From: Eubacteriales bacterium
GTDB taxonomy: Bacteria > Bacillota > Clostridia > Oscillospirales > SIG627
Length of the DNA: 64,000 bases
Assembly (NCBI GenBank): GCA_045590615.1
Contig: JAZNRH010000099.1
Span: 306 to 64,305, forward strand
Direction: 5' to 3'
The notes below the pieces were generated by a model, which worked only from the letters and a program-made list of their open reading frames with translations, was not told where the DNA came from and ran no database searches. Below, piece after piece: positions 10,101 through 17,294 of this stretch (its first letter is position 1; each line of letters starts with the position of its first letter). The position numbers and the translations under genes are program-made.

Positions 10101-10351
10101 ACTGTGTCGTTGAATGTATGAGCAGTAACAAAGATAATCTTTGCCATCTCACATCTTCTTACAAGACCGTCAGGTTGGAAGGTGCCATCCTCATATCCAC
10201 CAAGGATACCGAGGTTTGTCATTGTTTCAATAGCGGCTGCGTGAGGATTGCTACTCTCAACATCGGGGAATGAAGCTGAAACCGATGTGAATGCACAAAT
10301 CATCATTGCCACAGCGAAAATGACCGCCAAATAGCGTATACTTGTTTTCAT
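7127..10351 (-). CDS. SLH-domain cell-wall/S-layer protein (1074 aa)
   Basis: Signal peptide, then three SLH-like repeats (FPDV...LGILGGYEDGTFQPDGLVRRCEMAKII; FPDVKKNNWAAGYISWCAENGIVGGYEDGTFRPDGNITYDEALKM; WPTDVRTKALIDLEL...LTRAQVVQLVYNAF). D-x-D-G-D-G Ca-binding-like motifs further on. RBS aggagg. Confidence 0.85.
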   Translation of the reverse strand: MKTSIRYLAVIFAVAMMICAFTSVSASFPDVESSNPHAAAIETMTNLGILGGYEDGTFQPDGLVRRCEMAKIIFVTAHTFNDTVEGATTFPDVKKNNWAAGYISWCAENGIVGGYEDGTFRPDGNITYDEALKMVCVMLGYKDFSPAMWPTDVRTKALIDLELNEELEDVAGETPLTRAQVVQLVYNAFDKPMYTENAAKPTDTLLGILGSVSSSSTGINTLKDSVWKYKEYPAQVVATENYGFVEFPAKPVAELTRADAIIDQEKTDDPDAIVVRIVDGDNVEYKTLSLTEYGLEEYVGKSDELLTRNINLITIGTSDEYITATLKGNVKEGISGALVDAKNYPDSKRKAFDAGNLQQGYYALYEITLDGVKYKNDEMLNLKRLTYYDDVAVATYGCYNLNGSVSDSLVRAFSYNNTSGSRWNECIQFTILDMTNLTAVSGFQRYSAGIDKDGDGYYDYLILEYADAYKVKKITAKSIEFEYLYKNRMDYVQVEGVADIPAMDMVFPKDNVSMLSEIEEGDIVVGYAFGDTFTVMLEPTIEIGYATSVKSRGSRSQTMTLNTGKSVGGPGYPYYKLWNTHRYFYGDGNDGNTNFFVSFNESMNPLLGVNVDTGNYNYAKYWVVDGAILYAEPISVERVQQGDGGLNKAILLYVTEATKPQINEATKEFEVFYPAYLVINGRTQLVNLNATNAINGFSGETVSDDGSEYRPYIKDIDGDGIARVMYPNKLVTYTIDSKGYYTLSTTASTITNDEGVEIERVLVAEQGKDLYMVIDEKTGLVTIEEAVPGTDPVEYVTKQAKIVFDENTVIYYPYTKNATGEHEYIDYYKGDEIPTDFARVKLDSEIYLTYDKETTLYKLSSVVIDDDFSGMTTTDSDYKMDAREHLFAVTDMEQVAHGEEVCPSYNFKKLYTYEDVTGVNKAMGFNEATDIFMGGIYAWDETQKDYVSVENNPAVQSLKNDTVTEILDDMSIIFTYWHAEGLKIDDTVKIIAITDAETAETRVITFEELVDVYNTIKQYDIDNENAEGTTSFVAKVGTYEDNNKTKLAYILIDWFEYNEEIDTYTKAGVEYTNP

Positions 10352-10388
10352 TGCCGAAAACCTCCTAAATCTTTAGCTGTGTTTTATA

Positions 10389-13181
10389 TTACTCTACACT
10401 GTTTTCAAAAATGTCCGTTAAGAAGTTGCCACTGTTCGACTGTGGACGATAACCGTTATCAGGGTCGATAATATATCTATCAAAGATGATTGTGGATGCA
10501 ACAACCTCGCCGTCGTCATTAAGATGTGTACCAATAATAGCCTTTACAACATCAGTTGTACCTTCCGTCTCGTTGTTATCTGCAACTACCTCAAGAGATG
10601 AAGCTATATCGGCAATCGTATATTTTCCGATACCTGTCACGCTGTTTCTTGAAAGTGCCCAAATTGAAGTGTCTGCTTCTACCTTGAACGCTTCACCCTC
10701 TGTGGTAATAATAACTCCGTTAATGATATCCTCGATTGTGTAAACGTCGATACACTTGATACCACGTTCCTCAACCGTCTTCTTGTTTATCATGAAATAC
10801 TTCTCTTCAACATCGTCCCAAGCGTAAAGTCTGAATGACTTAGCCTGTACAGCGCCCTCTGCTACTGTGCGAGACTTTTCGACTGTCTCGGAAATATTGC
10901 TTCCGTTGTAAATAGGTCTCATAAAGTATGAGTAGTAAAGGTCTGTTCCGTTTTCAGCAAGAGAAACGTTAGAATTGCCGTATGAATAGAAGAAGAGACG
11001 GCTGTCTTTTCTGTAATCCGAATCTGCATCAGTTCCAATCTTAATTGTCTCGTCGTCGATTACTGCTGCCTTGATTTCCCAGATGTTAGTATCAGGGTCT
11101 GCTACGCAATAAATCTTACTCAGAGCCTTCATTGACCGAATGTTTGAAGGAAGAACGTCTATTGTATAGGTCTTGAGATACTTATGTAAGCCTGTAGACT
11201 CAAGAGTGTAGCTCGAGTAAAGCATAATAGTATCAGCCATTACAACTCTGTTAGAATAAACAGTATCGCCAACAGACGCTACGTAAAGACCTGAATCCTT
11301 GTTATATCTGAGAGTTGCATCCTCAGGAATTACACGGTAATCCTCAGGTACTACGTCAAGAGTTGTCGTGAAGGTATAGAAACCGTCGTCGTCAACCTTA
11401 TAGGTTACAAGCTCCTGATAGTTTACTGCATACTTACCGTTGAGCTTAAAGCCGTATTCAGCATAAATCTCTTCATACTCGTCCTTAAGGTTGCGTCCGT
11501 CGATTGAATTCTCGGCAGCAACGTTAACGGTCTTTTCAACACCGTCGATTGTAACGAGAGCTGTATAGGGAGTTTCAAACTCTGCAGTCTCTGCATTGTA
11601 AACTGTTTCGCCCTTTTCCTTGAAGTAAGAAAGAACTGCGAACTGGAGAACTGTATCGTCTGCAGTGTTCTCGCTGTAGAAAACCTTTCCATTATATATA
11701 TAATAATCAAAGGCTTCTGTCTCTCCGTCTTCATTGAGAGTCATTACGGACTCTTCTACTCTGCGAAGGATACCCTGTCCCTCAAATACCTCGCTGTTGA
11801 TTTCAACTACGCCAACACCGTCGAGTGTAACCTTCTTGGAGTTATACTTAGTTGCCTTTGCTGAAACAACGTCAACAACCGTATCAACAACGAAATCGTC
11901 GTATACGTAATATCCAACTACAATATCATCCTCTTCAAGAGCTGTTTCTGTTATGAGGTCCTCAGCAAAAACATTAAATGCTGAAGATGTAGCCATATCT
12001 TCAAAGGAGGTCTTGTTTTCATTGGTTGTGCTAACCTTGTACGCCTTGGGGAATACCAAATAGAGCGCGTCATAAAGACCGTCGTTGTCCATATCGTATG
12101 CAATTGTCTTATAAATCTTATCTTCGATATCAACAAAAATGCTGTTATCAGCAACAGGAGTTTCAACTACTTCGTTGCCTGATAAGGTATAACGAACGAG
12201 GTTTTCGTCAGCCTTCTTGTCGCCTATGTAAAGAACGTCCTTCTTGTCGTCGTACTTGAGAGCAACGTCCTTTTCGCCCTTAACGGTTACTGAGGTTGCG
12301 TAAATGTACTTCGCCTCAAGGTCGCTTGTATCGGAAATTTTGCTGTTGTCATAGATGAACGAAATCTCTGCGCTTACAAGTTCGGTCATCTTATCTGCAT
12401 ATTCTTCAATGCCAAGCTCTTCGAGAGTGAAGTCAACGTCAATTCCTGCAACAGAAACATCCTTATCTTCCTCTACCTCTCCTATATCACCTGCAGCATC
12501 TACTCTGAACGAAGCCTTTGAGAAGCCCCATACGTCTACAGCAAGAACCTTGCTGGCAGTCGCAGGGATTGAAAGATTTTCGCTGATAATAACATCAACG
12601 TCCTTCTTCTCATTCATTGGCACGAAGAGAGCATTATATGCAATCTGTGCAATCTGTGCTCTTGTAACCTTAGCAGAGCCGTCAACACCTGTGATGTTTT
12701 CGCCAAGCTCAAGGTCACGAAGCGCCTTTGTTCTTACGTCAATCGGCCATTCGTTAGAATTCCAATCCGTATAACCGAGTGCACCACAAACCATCTTGAG
12801 AGCCTGGTCGTAGGTCACGTGGTCGTCAGGACCAAAGTTGCCGTTGCCATAACCACCGATTATACCCTTGGTAGCACACCAAGAAATATATCCGGACGCC
12901 CAGTTGCTTGCAGGAACATCCTTAAAGGAAACTGTGCCTTCACCTGCTTCCTTTAACGTGGTGTTAAGTACGAAAATTATTTTCGCCATTTCGTCACGCT
13001 CAACCAAGCTGTCAGGCTTGAGCGAGCCGTCTTCATAACCACCGAACACACCGAGGTCAACAAGAAGCTGAAGAGCCTCTTCATTAGCATTTTTCTCAGC
13101 GTTTGCAGTAGCCGTAAGAGCAGCACCTACTATCATAACAATAGCAAGAAGCATGCCTAAAAAGCGTACGCTTGTTTTCAT
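10389..13181 (-). CDS. SLH-domain cell-wall/S-layer protein (930 aa), diverged paralog of 7127-10351
   Basis: Same N-terminal triple SLH layout (LVDLGVFGGYEDGSLKPD; FKDVPASNWASGYISWCATKGIIGGYGNGNFGPDDHVTYDQALKM; WPIDVRTKALRDLEL...VTRAQIAQIAYNALF). Collinear similarity to the 1074-aa protein along the body (DNDGLYDALYLVFPKAYKV vs DGDGYYDYLILEYADAYKV; LVTYKVDDDGFYTFTTT vs LVTYTIDSKGYYTLSTT). Confidence 0.85.
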   Translation of the reverse strand: MKTSVRFLGMLLAIVMIVGAALTATANAEKNANEEALQLLVDLGVFGGYEDGSLKPDSLVERDEMAKIIFVLNTTLKEAGEGTVSFKDVPASNWASGYISWCATKGIIGGYGNGNFGPDDHVTYDQALKMVCGALGYTDWNSNEWPIDVRTKALRDLELGENITGVDGSAKVTRAQIAQIAYNALFVPMNEKKDVDVIISENLSIPATASKVLAVDVWGFSKASFRVDAAGDIGEVEEDKDVSVAGIDVDFTLEELGIEEYADKMTELVSAEISFIYDNSKISDTSDLEAKYIYATSVTVKGEKDVALKYDDKKDVLYIGDKKADENLVRYTLSGNEVVETPVADNSIFVDIEDKIYKTIAYDMDNDGLYDALYLVFPKAYKVSTTNENKTSFEDMATSSAFNVFAEDLITETALEEDDIVVGYYVYDDFVVDTVVDVVSAKATKYNSKKVTLDGVGVVEINSEVFEGQGILRRVEESVMTLNEDGETEAFDYYIYNGKVFYSENTADDTVLQFAVLSYFKEKGETVYNAETAEFETPYTALVTIDGVEKTVNVAAENSIDGRNLKDEYEEIYAEYGFKLNGKYAVNYQELVTYKVDDDGFYTFTTTLDVVPEDYRVIPEDATLRYNKDSGLYVASVGDTVYSNRVVMADTIMLYSSYTLESTGLHKYLKTYTIDVLPSNIRSMKALSKIYCVADPDTNIWEIKAAVIDDETIKIGTDADSDYRKDSRLFFYSYGNSNVSLAENGTDLYYSYFMRPIYNGSNISETVEKSRTVAEGAVQAKSFRLYAWDDVEEKYFMINKKTVEERGIKCIDVYTIEDIINGVIITTEGEAFKVEADTSIWALSRNSVTGIGKYTIADIASSLEVVADNNETEGTTDVVKAIIGTHLNDDGEVVASTIIFDRYIIDPDNGYRPQSNSGNFLTDIFENSVE

Positions 13182-13232
13182 AATGAAAACCTCCTAAAAT
13201 ATTTTGCCCATTATTTAATTTTTGGCACATAT

Positions 13233-13261
13233 ATTTTATCACATCAAGTGAAAAAACACAA
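13233..13261 (-). promoter_or_regulatory. Candidate sigma-A promoter of the surface-protein operon
   Basis: On - strand: TTGTGT (13261-13256), 17-nt spacer, TG-a-TAAAAT extended -10 (13241-13233), about 45 nt upstream of the start at 13181. Confidence 0.4.
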
Positions 13262-13276
13262 GCTTTTTTTTAAGTT

Positions 13277-13296
13277 TGTAACACAACTGTAACACA
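13277..13296 (-). promoter_or_regulatory. Direct repeat just upstream of the candidate -35; possible activator site
   Basis: tgtaacaca-ac-tgtaacaca on + strand (TGTGTTACA-GT-TGTGTTACA on - strand): exact 9-mer repeated with 11-bp period. Confidence 0.3.
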
Positions 13297-13402
13297 TTCA
13301 CGATTTTTGTGAAAACTTTTTATGCACAATCAACAAAAAAATTGGAAGTATTTTGTAATAGCTTACATTAAAAAATTTTTTAAGCGCAAATTTTGTATTT
13401 TT

Positions 13403-13443
13403 CTAAAAATATGAGGCTGCAAAAACTCGGTTTTTACAGCCTC
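13403..13443 (-). terminator. Terminator after the cyclophilin gene
   Basis: On - strand: GAGGCUG / CAGCCUC 7-bp stem (13443-13437 / 13419-13413) with 17-nt loop, then AUAUUUUUAG. Confidence 0.5.
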
Positions 13444-13453
13444 GTGTGAAAAG

Positions 13454-13939
13454 TTATTCTATGGTTATACTCTCAATTTTCTGGTCGATTAAGGGTCTGT
13501 CTCGCATATCGGTTCTTACACCTGCAATTTCATCAACAGCCTCAATGCCTTCGGTAACTCTTCCGAACGCAGCATACTGTCCGTCAAGATATGGAGCATC
13601 TGCGTGCATAATAAAGAATTGACTTCCTGCAGAATTAGGGTCCATAGCGCGAGCCATTGAAATTACGCCTCTCTCGTGCTTGATAGGATTATCAACACCG
13701 TTTGAAGCAAACTCGCCCTTTATAGTGTGTCCGGGACCACCCATTCCCGTTCCCTGAGGACAACCTCCCTGTATCATAAAGCCTGCTATTACACGGTGAA
13801 AAATAAGTCCGTCGTAAAAGCCCTCGTTTACAAGGTTTACAAAGTTTTCTACGGTAATCGGCGCAAGGTCGGGATAAAGCTCAAGCTTTATCTCGTTGCC
13901 ACTTGCCATTTTAATAGTTGCTTTAATTGTATTTGCCAT
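13454..13939 (-). CDS. ppiB: Peptidyl-prolyl cis-trans isomerase, cyclophilin type
   Basis: Cyclophilin signatures FHRVIAGFMIQGG, SMARA..PNSAGSQFFI. Start moved to ATG 13939 (MANTIKATIKM), since the longer ORF would overlap the ACP gene. Confidence 0.9.
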   Translation of the reverse strand: MANTIKATIKMASGNEIKLELYPDLAPITVENFVNLVNEGFYDGLIFHRVIAGFMIQGGCPQGTGMGGPGHTIKGEFASNGVDNPIKHERGVISMARAMDPNSAGSQFFIMHADAPYLDGQYAAFGRVTEGIEAVDEIAGVRTDMRDRPLIDQKIESITIE

Positions 13940-13943
13940 AATA

Positions 13944-14171
13944 TCAGCCCTGCCTTGCCTCGAGATATTCAACAAGGTCTCCCACGCTGAGAAGAGTGTG
14001 AATATCCTGTTCTTCAATTTCTACACCGAACTTATCCTCGCAAAGCACAACGAGGTCGGCAAGCTCTAAAGAATTGAGCTTAAGGTCGTTTACGAATTCT
14101 GCATCAAGTGTAATGAGCTCTGAAGGAACGTCAAGCTCCTCCTCGAGTGTTGATTTGATTTCTTCAAACAT
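13944..14171 (-). CDS. Stand-alone acyl carrier protein-like protein (75 aa)
   Basis: Size, acidic composition and the DLKLNSLELADLV helix-II-like segment with a candidate phosphopantetheine Ser (N-S-L in place of the usual D-S-L). Confidence 0.65.
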   Translation of the reverse strand: MFEEIKSTLEEELDVPSELITLDAEFVNDLKLNSLELADLVVLCEDKFGVEIEEQDIHTLLSVGDLVEYLEARQG

Positions 14172-14183
14172 AATCGTTCTCCT

Positions 14184-15890
14184 TTAGATTCTCTTAATCT
14201 TTTTTGTCGAGGTTTTGTCAAACTCGGTTTTTCTTATTTCAATACCCCTGATTTGCTTAAAAATCGGGAGCTTTTTATTAAGCTCTTGCACCTGAGCCTT
14301 TATTGCATCTCTGATTTCTTCGATTTCCTCAATGCCATTTTCTTTGGCTTTGTCAAAATCAGGGAAAATCTGAGCAGTTATAACGGTTTCGCCGGAAGCG
14401 TTTTCCTTGCCGACCACTATACATTCGGCAATATAATCAAGCTTATAGATATGTTCCTCAAGCTCCTCCGGAAAAACGTTCTTTCCGTTATCGAGAATTA
14501 TTATATTCTTCTTTCTGCCCGTGATATATATAAAGCCATCCTCGTCCACGTAGCCAATATCTCCCGTAGAAAACCAGCCCTCCTCGTCAATTGCCTGTTC
14601 AGTAAGCTCGGGTGCTTTATAATAGCCCTTCATTACGTTGGGGCCTCTTACTATAATTTCACCCTCTGCATCCTCAGGAGTAAGCTTATCAATTTTGACC
14701 TCTACACCCGGTACTGCCAGACCTACCGAGGCGTACTTCTTCCATTCAAACGGACATACCGAAACGAGTGGTGAGCACTCGGTTATACCATAGCCCTGAA
14801 CGAGATTTATGCCAAGCTCCTCAAAGCCCTTTACATAATCGGGAGAAAGAGCTGCGCCACCACATACAACCTTCTTGAGTCTGCCACCAAAGGCTGCGTT
14901 CACCTGAGAGAACAGCGCTGTTCTGAGGTCAATATTCAAACGTCTCAAAGCATTACTTATTGCTATTCCTCGCTTGAGCTTGGTAGTCTGATTATTCTTT
15001 GTCGCAGTGTCCCATATTCTCTTATAAATCGTGGTTACGAAAAGGGGAACAAGCACCATTCCCGTAGGCTTGAATATCTGGAAATTCTTGAGCAAATATT
15101 TCATACCGTCGTTTATACAAACAGTTGCGCCAATAAGAATAGGTGTGAGTATTCCACAGGTCATTTCGTAGGTGTGGTGCGTCGGAAGCACCGACATAAT
15201 AACGTCATTTTCATCAAAGCTAAGCATAGTTGCAGAAGCGTTGATTGCCGAAACGATATTGTTTTGTGAAAGAACGACTCCCTTCGAAGTACCCGTAGTA
15301 CCCGAGGTAAATATAATTACTGCGTCATCTTCAGGATTGATTTCATAATCAAGAAATTCCGTGCAGTCCTGTCTTAAAAGTCTCTTTCCCTTCTCTACAA
15401 GCTCTGCCGTACAAAGAAAGCTTTCTGCTTTTTTCTTTTCTTCGTCAAAATCGCCCACTCTTATAAAATAAGAAATCGAGCTTTTCTCGGAAAGCTGTTC
15501 AAAATACTTCTGAAATCTGTCCGAATATACTACAGCTGAAACCTCGGCAAGCTCAAGGAAGTTACCGATTTCTTCCTCTGTAAGCTCCTTGTCAAGAGGA
15601 ACTATTACCGAGCCTCCGTTAACAGCTGCAAGATACGTGGCAATCCACTCCTTAGAGGTTTCACCGATTACTGCTATATGCTTACCCTTTAATCCAAGTG
15701 AATAAAAGGCTGTTCCAAGTCTGTCAATATATTTATCAAAATCAAGAAAGCTAACGTCAACAAGCTCATCCTTGTTGACACCTTTATATCTTAAATAAGT
15801 TTTATCTTGGTGTATTTCAGCTGCAGATTTCACAAGCTCTTTGAGATTGGAGAATTCTCTGCGCTGAAAATTCGGATATGCTTTTTTCAT
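14184..15890 (-). CDS. AMP-dependent acyl-CoA/acyl-ACP synthetase (long-chain fatty acid ligase family)
   Basis: AMP-binding motif FTSGTTGTSKGV, YGITE, GWFSTGDIGYVDEDGFIYITGRKK, C-terminal KIKR. Confidence 0.85.
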   Translation of the reverse strand: MKKAYPNFQRREFSNLKELVKSAAEIHQDKTYLRYKGVNKDELVDVSFLDFDKYIDRLGTAFYSLGLKGKHIAVIGETSKEWIATYLAAVNGGSVIVPLDKELTEEEIGNFLELAEVSAVVYSDRFQKYFEQLSEKSSISYFIRVGDFDEEKKKAESFLCTAELVEKGKRLLRQDCTEFLDYEINPEDDAVIIFTSGTTGTSKGVVLSQNNIVSAINASATMLSFDENDVIMSVLPTHHTYEMTCGILTPILIGATVCINDGMKYLLKNFQIFKPTGMVLVPLFVTTIYKRIWDTATKNNQTTKLKRGIAISNALRRLNIDLRTALFSQVNAAFGGRLKKVVCGGAALSPDYVKGFEELGINLVQGYGITECSPLVSVCPFEWKKYASVGLAVPGVEVKIDKLTPEDAEGEIIVRGPNVMKGYYKAPELTEQAIDEEGWFSTGDIGYVDEDGFIYITGRKKNIIILDNGKNVFPEELEEHIYKLDYIAECIVVGKENASGETVITAQIFPDFDKAKENGIEEIEEIRDAIKAQVQELNKKLPIFKQIRGIEIRKTEFDKTSTKKIKRI

Positions 15891-15971
15891 AACTTCTCCT
15901 TTCTGTACTTCATCTATTATATTGTCTATTCATCGTTTTGTCAAGATTTATGGAAAAATTTTGTTTTTCAC

Positions 15972-16000
15972 TTTACAACTGCAAAACATTATGTTAATAT
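15972..16000 (+). promoter_or_regulatory. Candidate sigma-A promoter for trmL
   Basis: TTTACA (15972-15977), 17 nt, TAATAT (15995-16000). Confidence 0.4.
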
Positions 16001-16026
16001 TTATAAGAAACGAAAGGCAGGTCTTT

Positions 16027-16500
16027 ATGAATACAACATTACACATAAATATAGTTTTACACGAGCCCGAAATTCCACAAAATACGGGCAATATAGCACG
16101 AACCTGCGCCGTTACGGGCGCAAGTCTTCACCTCATTGAGCCACTCGGTTTTGAACTCGACTCAGCCAAGCTCAAACGTGCGGGACTCGATTATTGGGAC
16201 AAGCTTGACGTACACACATATTCGTCAATTGAGGAGTTTTTTGAAAAAACCGAGGGCAGCTATTTCTTTTTTACAACGAAAACAGACAAATCCTTTGCCG
16301 ACGCAAGCTACCACGGTAACGTATATCTGATTTTCGGCAAGGAAACAAAAGGGCTTCCAAAAGAATTAATCGACCGGCACCGTAACGAGGCAGTAAGAAT
16401 CCCTATGAAAAACGATTTAAGATGTCTCAATCTCTCAAATTCTGCTGCCGTAGCCGTATACGAGGTGTTGCGTCAAAATGAATATCCCGATATGCTTTGA
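16027..16500 (+). CDS. trmL: tRNA (cytidine/uridine-2'-O-)-methyltransferase TrmL (SpoU family)
   Basis: LHEPEIPQNTGNIARTCA, AGLDYWD, FGKETKGLP, LNLSNSAAVAVYEV match the TrmL pattern. Start set at ATG 16027. Confidence 0.85.
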   Translation: MNTTLHINIVLHEPEIPQNTGNIARTCAVTGASLHLIEPLGFELDSAKLKRAGLDYWDKLDVHTYSSIEEFFEKTEGSYFFFTTKTDKSFADASYHGNVYLIFGKETKGLPKELIDRHRNEAVRIPMKNDLRCLNLSNSAAVAVYEVLRQNEYPDML

Positions 16501-17069
16501 CCGTCCGAGCTCTCTGCATAAAAGAGGAGTACCAGCATAAACAACGATACGTTAAACGCTGACACGCTGACCAGGTACAATGATATAACACCCAACGCAA
16601 AGAGCGTTACGCGCGAAATCCTGCTTGCAAGTTTTTCTGCGTCGTAAAGCTCTTTTTTTCTCAACAGCAACGCCTTCAAAGCAGCACCACCGTCAAGACT
16701 TGAAATCGGAAGAAGATTAAATATTCCATAAAACGTATTTGACAAAAGCAAAAAGAATACGTCAGACGAAAAGCCCCTTTGTATTATTGCAAAAAATACA
16801 ATTGAAAATACAATATTGACAAGACAACCCGAAACAGCTACTATTGCCTCCTTGCCGTAGCTAATCAGTTTTTTGTCGAGAACAAGGGTGCCACCAAACA
16901 GGCTCAGAACAATCATTTTAAGCCTTATCCCAAAAAGCTTTAGCGTAAAAATGTGCCCGAGCTCGTGAACCAATGCCGAAAAAAGCATAAACAAAATGAG
17001 CTTTGGGTCATTCGTGAGAAACAGCGCTAACAAGGTGACAAGAAAGGATAGCTCCACCTTGATTTTCAA
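16473..17069 (-). CDS. Short site-2 protease (peptidase M50, SpoIVFB-like core without CBS/PDZ domain)
   Basis: HELGH zinc motif in a TM helix, later LLPISSLDGG motif, about 6 hydrophobic segments, 198 aa. Confidence 0.7.
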   Translation of the reverse strand: MKIKVELSFLVTLLALFLTNDPKLILFMLFSALVHELGHIFTLKLFGIRLKMIVLSLFGGTLVLDKKLISYGKEAIVAVSGCLVNIVFSIVFFAIIQRGFSSDVFFLLLSNTFYGIFNLLPISSLDGGAALKALLLRKKELYDAEKLASRISRVTLFALGVISLYLVSVSAFNVSLFMLVLLFYAESSDGQSISGYSF

Positions 17070-17251
17070 ACTAAACTTCCCCTCTCGTTCATGGCAAAAA
17101 CCTCTGTCAGCCTCTCACTTTCAAGCATTTTTGAAATCAGCCTCGCCTCAGCTCTGTCAAGACCTACGTTTTCTCCCCTGCCGAGCAATATAACTATCAA
17201 AAGGCAAATAAGCGCAACTATCAGCTTCTTAGACAAAAAAATCCCTCGCAT
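17066..17251 (-). CDS. Hypothetical small membrane protein (61 aa), translationally coupled to the M50 gene
   Basis: One TM helix (LIVALICLLIVILLG). Stop overlaps the M50 start as ATGA. The annotated ATG lies inside the secF terminator stem, so the start is uncertain. Confidence 0.35.
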   Translation of the reverse strand: MRGIFLSKKLIVALICLLIVILLGRGENVGLDRAEARLISKMLESERLTEVFAMNERGSLV

Positions 17252-17279
17252 ACAATTTATTAGAAATTATATGCGAGGT
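17233..17279 (-). terminator. Terminator after secF
   Basis: On - strand: ACCUCGCAUA / UAUGCGAGGG stem with 17-nt loop, then AUUUUUUUG. Confidence 0.6.
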
Positions 17280-17294
17280 TTATTTTTTTATGCT

